A DNA stretch of 10,323 nt, from contig NW_021827461.1 in NCBI RefSeq assembly GCF_006345805.1, positions 1-10,323 of the forward strand. The letters run 5' to 3'. The stretch comes from Octopus sinensis. Taxonomy: Eukaryota. Every line of letters begins with the position of its first letter. The stretch's first letter is position 1. The position numbers and the translations under genes are program-made. Of this stretch, positions 1 through 7,163 are shown piece after piece. A model generated the notes under the pieces. The model had not been told where the DNA came from. It did not search any database and saw only the letters and a list, made by a program, of their open reading frames with translations.

Positions 1-42
1 TCAAATGACTGAAACAAGTAAAAGAGTAAAGAGTAAAAGAGA
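1..42 (+). mobile_element. 3' tail of tRNA-derived SINE (cut by window start)
   Basis: TCAAATGACTGAAACAAGTAAAAGAGTAAAGAGTAAAAGAG matches the 3' ends of the longer copies at 429-870, 1373-1780 and 2474-2820. Confidence 0.9.
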
Positions 43-248
43 GGGTCATTCGGAGTTTTCTTTCCTTAGTAGGGTTCCAGATTATCTTTGCAATTTCAGC
101 TGGTTATACTTGAGATTGCTCCAATCTGGCCAGCCCCAAGGAAAAGCTAAGCTAAGAGCATTAGATTCCTTGGAAGAAAGCAGCGAATGTATACAAAAAC
201 AAGAATGGTAAAAAAAACGGAGAAATGGTACACAAATACAAATGTAAA

Positions 249-428
249 GGCGCAGGAGTGGCTGTGTGCAAGTAGCTTGCTTACCAACCACATGGTTCCG
301 GGTTCAGTCTCACTGCGTGGCACCTTGGGCAAGTGTCTTCTACTATAGCCTCGGGCCGACCAAAGCCTTGTGAGTGGATTTGGTAGACGGAAACTGAAAG
401 AGGCCTGTCGTATATATGTATATATATA
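249..428 (+). mobile_element. SINE 5' module (tRNA-like head plus central domain), ending at the internal TA tract
   Basis: Starts GGCGCAGGAG, with A-box-like TGGCTGTGTGC at 259-269 and B-box-like GGTTCAGTCTC at 301-311. Near-identical to 429-600. Ends in (TA)n at ~411-428. Confidence 0.9.
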
Positions 429-593
429 GGCACAGGAGTGGCTGTGTGGTAAGTAGCTTGCTAACCAACCACATGGTTCCGGGTTCAGTCTCACTGCGTG
501 GCACCTTGGGCAAGTGTCTTCTACTATAGCCTCGGGCCGACCAAAGCCTTGTGAGTGGATTTGGTAGACGGAAACTGAAAGAAGCCCGTCGTA

Positions 594-631
<38 letters not shown>

Positions 632-870
632 CATGTGTGTTTGTGTGTCTATGTTTGTCCCCCTAGCATTGCTTGACAACCGATGCTGGTGTGTTTATGT
701 CCCTGTTACTTAGCAGTTCGGCAAAAGAGACCGATAGAATAAGTACTGGACTTACAAAAGAATAAGTTCCGGGGTCGATTTGCTCGATTAAAGGCGGTGC
801 TCCAGCATGGCCGTAGTCGAATGACTGAAACAAGCAAAAGAGTAAAAGAGTAAAAGAGTAAAGAGAGTAA
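429..870 (+). mobile_element. Full-length tRNA-derived SINE (octopus-type, from recall)
   Basis: A box TGGCTGTGTGG (439-449), B box GGTTCAGTCTC, a CCTTGGGCAAGT motif resembling the start of the CORE domain (recalled), internal (TA)n/(TG)n at ~591-650, 3' GGTGCTCCAGCATGGCC and a tail of AGTAAAAG repeats. Several similar copies occur in the window. Confidence 0.92.
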
Positions 871-1059
871 ATAGCAAGACATTAACAACAGGTGTCTTTC
901 GACTAAGGATGAATTAAATTACATGGGCTGGCGTGTGTGGAAGTAAAGCCTATGGCAGGGACATACGGGATGACAGGCACAGGGAGGAATATAGATGTTG
1001 CATGGGTGGTAGTTGAACCATGAAAGAAAGGTCAGGCTTGGCTGAAGACTGGTCACGGG

Positions 1060-1230
1060 GGGGGAGGTAGAGGCGGAGGGACAGAAGAATTAGGGAGGGA
1101 CGAGCAAAAAAGGGAGAGAATGAAGTGAAAGAGGGGGAAGGTGAGAATGAAGAGAAAGCCAGGAAATGTGAGGGGGGGAAGAATGAAGGGTGGAAAGAAT
1201 GAAGTGTGAAGGGGCTGACAGAAAGAAACA
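1060..1230. repeat. Purine-rich (G/A) low-complexity tract
   Basis: Composed almost entirely of G and A on the + strand. Confidence 0.75.
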
Positions 1231-1256
1231 ATATACATACATATATATATGTATAT

Positions 1257-1372
1257 TTGTTTCAGTCATTTGCCTGCGGCCATGCTGGAGCACCGTCTTG
1301 TGAGGTTTTAGTCTTGGGAGGGGACAAATGCAGACACAAAGACACATAATATATATATATATATATATATTA
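1257..1372 (-). mobile_element. 3' part of a minus-strand SINE copy (host of the nested insertion), internally deleted
   Basis: Reverse complement reads (TA)n-TGTGTCTTTGTGTCTGCATTTGTCCCC...GACTAAAACCTCACAAGACGGTGCTCCAGCATGGCCGCAGGCAAATGACTGAAACAA, matching the post-TA segment and the 3' end of the family. Confidence 0.85.
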
Positions 1373-1780
1373 GGCGTAGGAGTGGCTGTGTGGTAAGTAG
1401 CTTGCTTACCAACCACATGGCTCGGGGTTCAGTCCCACTGCATAGCACCTTGGGCAAGTGTCTTCTGCTATAGCCTCGGGCCGACCAATGCCTTGTGTGT
1501 GGATTTGGTAGACGGAAACTGAAAGAAGCCCGTCGTATATATGTATATATATATATATATGAATGTGTGTGTGTATATTTGTGTGTGTGTGTTTGTCACC
1601 CCAGCATCGCTTGGCAACCGATACAGGTGTGTTTACGTACCCGTCACTTAGCGGTTCGGCAAAAGAGACCGATAGAATAAGTACTAGGCTGACAAAGAAT
1701 AAGTCCCGGGGTCGATTTGCTCGACTAAAGGCGGTGCTCCAGCATGGCCGCAGTCAAATGACTGAAACGAGTAAAAGAGT
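1373..1780 (+). mobile_element. Full-length tRNA-derived SINE inserted in the TA tract of the minus-strand copy
   Basis: GGCGTAGGAGTGGCTGTGTGGTAAG head, B box GGTTCAGTCCC, internal (TA)n(TG)n, tail GACTGAAACGAGTAAAAGAG. (TA)n on both flanks. Confidence 0.92.
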
Positions 1781-1881
1781 ATATATATATATATATATAT
1801 ACGATGGGCTTCTTTTCAGTTTCCGTCTTCCAAATCCACTCACAAGGCTTTATTCGGCCCGAGGCGAGAGTAGAAGACACT
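1781..1881 (-). mobile_element. 5' part of the minus-strand host SINE (5'-truncated, no head)
   Basis: Reverse complement AGTGTCTTCTACTCTCGCCTCGGGCCGAATAAAGCCTTGTGAGTGGATTTGGAAGACGGAAACTGAAAAGAAGCCCATCG(TA)n matches the family segment that precedes the internal TA tract. Confidence 0.88.
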
Positions 1882-1950
1882 CCACTTAGACAGTAGTAAT
1901 TTGCCCCTCTCACTTTCTCTTCGTATCTTACATTAATATATATATGTATA

Positions 1951-2463
1951 CTAGCAGTATCGCCCGGCGTTGCTCGGGTTTGTAAGGGAAATAACTATAT
2001 AAGCATTTTTAGAGAGTTACTTCCCTTATAGATGCCAATTCGGGCTTTCTTAGCCATTTCTGTTTTGGTGTCTTCAAGCCATGAAGTCGTTGTTCTAAAA
2101 GAACGCTGGTCTCCTTGACAACGCATTACAACGTTGATTTCCTTACACTCCCTTCCCCACAGCTTCACGAGGGAGGGAAGAAGGGGGAGAAGCAAACAGG
2201 TGCAGCTGTGAGCGTGGACGCCAACTCCGCCGCCATCGACACACGAAAAATTATGCATTAAAATGGAATAAAAAATGATGTTAAATTATTTTTAAAATCG
2301 TAGACTCATCGTAGACGCGCGCTAATAGCCAGGCGGGCTCGATATGAATCACGACTATAAGATACCCGAATTTGGTTAAACTGCACCGCAAAATGTGGGA
2401 GTAGTTAGGAATCTAAATTGAAGGGGACAGACACTCACACAACTAGAGTTATATATATATAGA
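1951..2463 (-). mobile_element. Non-autonomous Helitron (513 bp; Lep1-like architecture)
   Basis: On the minus strand it begins TC (2463-2462) and ends CTAG (1954-1951). A GC-rich hairpin CCCGAGCAACGCCGGG (1978-1963) lies 12 nt from the 3' end. It is inserted between A (2464) and T (1950) with no TSD. The TCTATATATAT start and ACAGAC remnant near the 5' end resemble Lep1-type Helitrons (recalled). Confidence 0.82.
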
Positions 2464-2473
2464 TATATACTTA

Positions 2474-2818
2474 TTCAGTCCCACAGCGTGGCATCTTGGG
2501 CAAGTGTCTTCTGCTATAGCCCCGGGCCGACCAATGCCTTGTGAGTGGATTTAGTAGACGGAAACTGAAAGAAGCCTGTCGTATATATGTATGTGTGTGT
2601 GCGTGTATGTTTGTGTGTCTGTGTTTGTCCCCTTAGCATTACTTGACAACCGATGCCGGTGTGTTTACGTCCCTGTCACTTAGCGGTTCGGCAAAAGAGG
2701 CCGATAGAATAAGTACTGGGCTTACAAAGAATAAGTCCCGGGGTCGATTTGCTCGACTAAAGGCGGTGCTCCAGCATGGCCGCAGTCAAATGACTGAAAG
2801 AAGTAAAAGAGTAAAAGA

Positions 2819-2820
<2 letters not shown>
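2474..2820 (+). mobile_element. 5'-truncated SINE copy (starts within the B box)
   Basis: Begins TTCAGTCCCACAGCGTGGCATCTTGGGCAAGT and runs colinearly with the family to the AGTAAAAGAGTAAAAGAG tail. TA repeats flank both sides. Confidence 0.92.

Positions 2821-2884
<64 letters not shown>
2821..2884. repeat. Compound (TA)n(GA)n microsatellite
   Basis: Uninterrupted TA run to ~2857, then GA run to 2884. Confidence 0.97.
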
Positions 2885-2887
<3 letters not shown>

Positions 2888-2928
2888 CGTAGCACCTGCA
2901 TACCCAGTCAGTCTGTCTCTGTTCATAC

Positions 2929-3300
2929 CTAGACACTAGCTAACGTGTGGAACCACTTGATGATCAAAAGAACGGCTAGAAATAGCAGTGAAAATCATCG
3001 TAATCATTCTGTACAACGACGAAAAACATATGACGACGTTGGTTGATCCTAACGTGGTAGCGGCTTCTCTGCATACGGAATAAAGAAAGCCACGAAGTCA
3101 TAGTTGGAGCGCCTTGGTACTGCGTACCAAGGTCTGTTCGACTGCGGCTGACCCAGGGCTAAAGATACAACCCTCCCCGCCGCTGCCTCCTCCTTCCTCG
3201 TATCGCTTACAGACGGTAACGTTGCGCACGCGCATACAGCCATTCTCTCCCCCCTTCACGTAACGGTTACATCGCCGTCTCTCACGAAGGTACGCAGATA
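2929..3300 (-). promoter_or_regulatory. CpG-rich promoter-like island with possible non-coding first exon
   Basis: About 27 CpG in 3001-3300 by hand count. TGCGCACGCGCA (3223-3234) exactly fits the NRF1 consensus YGCGCAYGCGCR. Palindrome GTAACGGTTAC at 3260-3270. Minus-strand donor-like TAG|GTATGA at 2929/2928. Strand assignment is tentative. Confidence 0.45.
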
Positions 3301-3314
3301 CAGGCACGAACATC

Positions 3315-3715
3315 CGTACACATACACACATACGCATACACACATACACACACACACACACATACGCATACACAATGTCCTCCCCCCTTCCTTTCATTCT
3401 GTTCTTGTATCTCCCTCGCCCATTACACGCAGATACGTAGATTCCCCACATACAAACAAACACACACACATAAACACACACATATACACACAGAAACACA
3501 CACATATACACATAGAAACACACATATATATACATAGAAACACATACATATACACACAGAAATACATAAAAACACACACATATATACACATAGAAACACA
3601 TACATATACACATATAGAAACACACACATATACACATAAGAGACGAACGCACATACACACATAGAAACACATAAGAGACGAACGCACATACACACACATA
3701 CATACACAGAAAACA
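3315..3715. repeat. Compound CA/CATA microsatellite with a 35-bp-period internal duplication
   Basis: CA-rich run. ACACATAAGAGACGAACGCACATACACACA occurs at 3632-3661 and 3667-3696. Confidence 0.9.
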
Positions 3716-4090
3716 CGAGACAAAGTCATATCGTTAAGTTCTTGCGCGCGCGCTCACGCTCCTCCCCCTCACTGTCTTTATATCACACCACCCCTCTCTT
3801 TCTCTCTCTCTCTCACTCACAGGATACGTAGAAAGACAAATATTTACACACATCCACACACTCACACACACAAGCACGCACACATTGTTGGCGCGCGCCC
3901 GATCTCGCATCATACTTACACCACTCCCTTCCCGCTTTCTTGATACCCCCCTCCCTCTCGTACATACCCATATACAGTTACGTAGTTAACACTCACACAC
4001 ACAAACACATATAAATACATACACACACCAACACAAAAAGTTTTACCGTTAACTTTCTTTGTAGGACCCTCTTTCCCTCCCTCCCGCACA

Positions 4091-4406
4091 CATCTACCTA
4101 TCTATCTATCTACCTGTCTGTCCATCTATCTATCTGTCTCTGTCTATCTATCTATCTATCTGTCCATCTATCCGTATCTATATATCTGTCTCTGTCTATC
4201 TATCTATCTATCTATCTGTCTGTCAGTCTATCGATCTGTCTATCTATCTATCTATCTGTCTGTCCATCTATCTATCTGTCTATTTGTCTATCTCCCTGTC
4301 CATCTATCTATCTATCTGTCTGTCTCTCTGTCTATCTATCTATCTATCCATCTCTCTCTATATATATCTATCTGTCTGTCTATCTATGTATGTATCTATC
4401 CGTCTG

Positions 4407-4449
<43 letters not shown>

Positions 4450-4522
4450 GTCTGTCTCTCTGTCTATCTATCTATCCATCTCTCTCTATATATATCTATC
4501 TGTCTATCTATCTATCTATCTG

Positions 4523-4565
<43 letters not shown>

Positions 4566-4669
4566 GTCTATCTGTCTATCTGTCTATCTATCCATCTCTC
4601 TCTATATATAGCATAGCTAGCTATCTATCTGTCTGTCTATCTATGTATGTATCTATCCGTCTGTCTATC
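4091..4669. repeat. (TCTA)n/(TCTG)n tetranucleotide array
   Basis: About 580 bp of TCTA/TCTG units with duplicated variant blocks, e.g. CTATCTATGTATGTATCTATCCGTCTGTCTATC near 4380 and 4637. Confidence 0.95.
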
Positions 4670-5062
4670 AACGTGTGATCTTTTGTGTATAAGCGATTAT
4701 TCTGTTTCTTTAAGCATTCACAGACACGTACATACAGATGTTATGTATATTTATTTGTTGATTCAGCAGATGCGATAAATTACAGAACTCAATAAACACG
4801 TAGAACATTCTTTTACATTATAAACCAAAAGGTTCCGATTCCCCAGACACTTCTTTCAAACTTTCATTTCATATTTCAAAAAGCATTCGAAAGAAAACCA
4901 AACTCGGTTTACCAACTGGGATCACTGAAAAACGAGCAACTCGGAGTACGAAATAGATCGGAGCCATTCGATCATACATACATATACATACACAAAACTG
5001 CTTTATTTTCTGCTTGTTCATACGTAGATAAGCCCATACAACGGTGTACGTACATGAAGCTC

Positions 5063-5495
5063 GGCGATCTTTCGTCTCTAGTAGACCTTTCCGTCGATTT
5101 CCGTAAATTTTTTTTTTTTTTTTACATATGGGCTTGCGGGAACTTGAAGTAATATACATACATATACACATCACCGAGTAAAAAATTTCATTATCTCTTT
5201 CTTTCACACATTACTCTCTATGTCTCTTCACACACACTAACAGAAGCACTTCACTTACACAACAACCCTGTCTGTCTCACACACCCCACCAAACACACAC
5301 ACACACACACATGTACATCAATGCTTCCCCTGGACGGTAACTTCAAAAGAACTTCCCTCGTCATACAATCGCTTTCTCTTAGTCTCTTTCGCTCTCATTA
5401 CTTCAAAAGTTCCCGCAAGCCCATATGTAAAAAAAAAAAAAAGAAAGTTTTTTACGGAAATCGACGGAAAGGTCTACTAGAGACGAAAGATTGCC
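5063..5495. repeat. Inverted repeat, ~91/99-bp arms with 243-bp spacer
   Basis: 5063-5153 is the reverse complement of 5397-5495. They differ at one outer position, within the poly-T/poly-A block, and by a 2-nt indel. Confidence 0.95.
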
Positions 5496-5740
5496 TGAAG
5501 GCGCAATAACGCGCGTACACACATGCACTACGCAAAACTATTTGCGCGCCCGCACACACACACACACACACACGCATACACACACACGCACACACACACA
5601 CAGAAGACACGTACACGACCAAACATGGTTACTCCTCCTCTCTTCTATAACTTTCTCCTCTTCTAATTCTCTCATTCAATTCCCCTATTTTTATTTCCCG
5701 CTTTCTCTCCTCTTACCCTTCCCTTATTAATCTATATCTC

Positions 5741-6061
5741 TCTCTTTTTTTCTTCTCCCTCTCGTTTTCCTTACCCTCTTTACTTTCTTCATCTCTTCCC
5801 CCCTCCCACTACGTTGTTATATTACTCTTTCTAATTTTTCCTCTCGCTCACCACTCCTTACTTTTCTACTTCTTCTCTTCTCCTTCACTCATTACTCTAT
5901 ACTTCTCTTTTTTCTTCTCCCTCTAGTTTTCCTTACCCTCTTTACTTTCTTCATCTCTTCCCCCCCACACGTTGTTATATTACTCTTTCTAATTTTTCCT
6001 CTCGCTCACCACTCCTTACTTTTCTACTTCTTCTTCTCCCCTTCACTCATTACTCTATACT
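5741..6061. repeat. ~160-bp tandem duplication within a CT-rich tract
   Basis: 5741-5903 and 5904-6061 share long identical runs (TTTTCCTTACCCTCTTTACTTTCTTCATCTCTTCCCCCC...ACGTTGTTATATTACTCTTTCTAATTTTTCCTCTCGCTCACCACTCCTTACTTTTCTACTTCTTC). Confidence 0.93.
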
Positions 6062-6639
6062 TTCTCTTACGCATTCCCATCTCTTTTCTCCCTCTCTCTC
6101 ACTAATCTCTACATTTCTCATCCTTTCTCCTAACCTTCGCTCTCTACTCTCTGCTGTCCTCTCCTTTTATCCTCTCACCCCTCCCTCGGTCAATCACCGT
6201 TTTATTTCACTCCTCCTCCCTTTATATTCGTCTTTCACTCGGACATTGGTCATTCACACATTTTTCTCTAATCTCCCTCCCTCCCTCTCTCTCACTGTAA
6301 TAACTTTTCTCTTTCCCCCTCCCCTTCATCTTCCTGTTTCTCTCTCTCTCTCTTTCTGTTCATTGTCCTCGACGTTTCTTTCGTCATCTCAAAGGAACGT
6401 TGAAGGGCAACGACAACCATCTGCGCATCCCCACCCTCGTAACTACCCAGCCCTTCGCCATCCCCTTATTACCACCACTCCTCCCACCAATACCACCATA
6501 CGTTCTTCACTATCACCACTCCTACCACCGCGTCCGTTTCCTCCTTATTCCTACTCCTACCACCAACAGTATCGCCAACAGCTAAATCACACCCTGCCTC
6601 CCACTACGTCGTTATCTCTATCCCCCCATCACCACAGCT

Positions 6640-6937
6640 GCAGCCAACCACTAACTACCGCCGGTACTATTAAATCTCTATACGCAACACACCACGGTAC
6701 TACACGTTGTTTGTCCGAGCGCTATAGTAACGCTCTAACTACAAGGGCCTTCTATCGCCTCAAAAATTCACTTACGTCACCAATGTTAGCAACGTAATAG
6801 AACGGACCCGGGCAGTTCTATATATTCCAATCGCACTTTGGTACGGTTATTCGGTTCTATCAAGTTCTGTTTGACATCATAGAAGGGAGTACTATCGGCT
6901 TGGCATCATAGAAGGGAGTACTATCGGCTTGGCTCAG
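6640..6937 (+). promoter_or_regulatory. Promoter-like CpG-containing island / 5' UTR
   Basis: CRE/ATF-like TTACGTCA at 6772-6779, CCAAT at 6780-6784 and 6827-6831, TATATA at 6819-6824, in unique CpG-retaining sequence. All motifs are short, so support is modest. Confidence 0.4.
6875..6932. repeat. Perfect 29-bp tandem duplication
   Basis: CATCATAGAAGGGAGTACTATCGGCTTGG at 6875-6903 and 6904-6932. Confidence 0.97.
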
Positions 6938-6989
6938 ATGCGGGAAGAAATTTCCAGTAGCTTTGAATTCACTGAACCAGACGACATTG
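6938..6989 (+). CDS. Candidate first coding exon of an unidentified gene (MREEISSSFEFTEPDDI + 1 nt)
   Basis: ATG downstream of the promoter-like island, with non-repetitive, protein-like codons up to a G|GTAAAG donor-like site, followed by microsatellite-filled sequence. No homology recognised. Confidence 0.3.
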
Positions 6990-7163
6990 GTAAAGACAAC
7001 TTTTCACACTGTATTTTCCCTCTCTCTTCAACACACACCCATGTATGATATACACACTCGTTTACGATATATATAAATATATATATATTCGTCCCTGATT
7101 CCCACTCATCCAGTACAGATACTCACGCGTGTGTAGAAGACCAGTGAAAACCTGTTTCTCTAA

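Noticed and set aside
249-320. SINE heads as functional tRNA genes
   Set aside because: A and B boxes are present, but there is no complete cloverleaf or acceptor stem, and each head continues into the SINE body.
249-2820. Repeated similar segments as a CRISPR-like array
   Set aside because: Units are 180-440 bp, irregularly spaced, on both strands, with Pol III boxes and no cas genes. These are SINEs.
82-2858. Recurrent short ORFs such as ...KNKSRGRFARLKAVLQHGRSQMTE and MVGKQAT
   Set aside because: They are translations of the non-coding SINE consensus, and frames and stops vary between copies.
2955-3150. TGATGA (2958-2963) ... CTGA as a C/D box snoRNA
   Set aside because: The boxes are about 185 nt apart, and I see no terminal stem or recognisable rRNA-complementary guide.
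3098-4616. ORFs over the CA and TCTA arrays
   Set aside because: Simple-repeat artefacts.
4869-5207. 112-aa minus-strand ORF
   Set aside because: It runs through a homopolymer, a microsatellite patch and the inverted-repeat arm, with no recognisable domain.
6246-6797. 183-aa + strand ORF
   Set aside because: Non-ATG start in a low-complexity pyrimidine tract, P/T/S/L-biased, with no recognisable domain.
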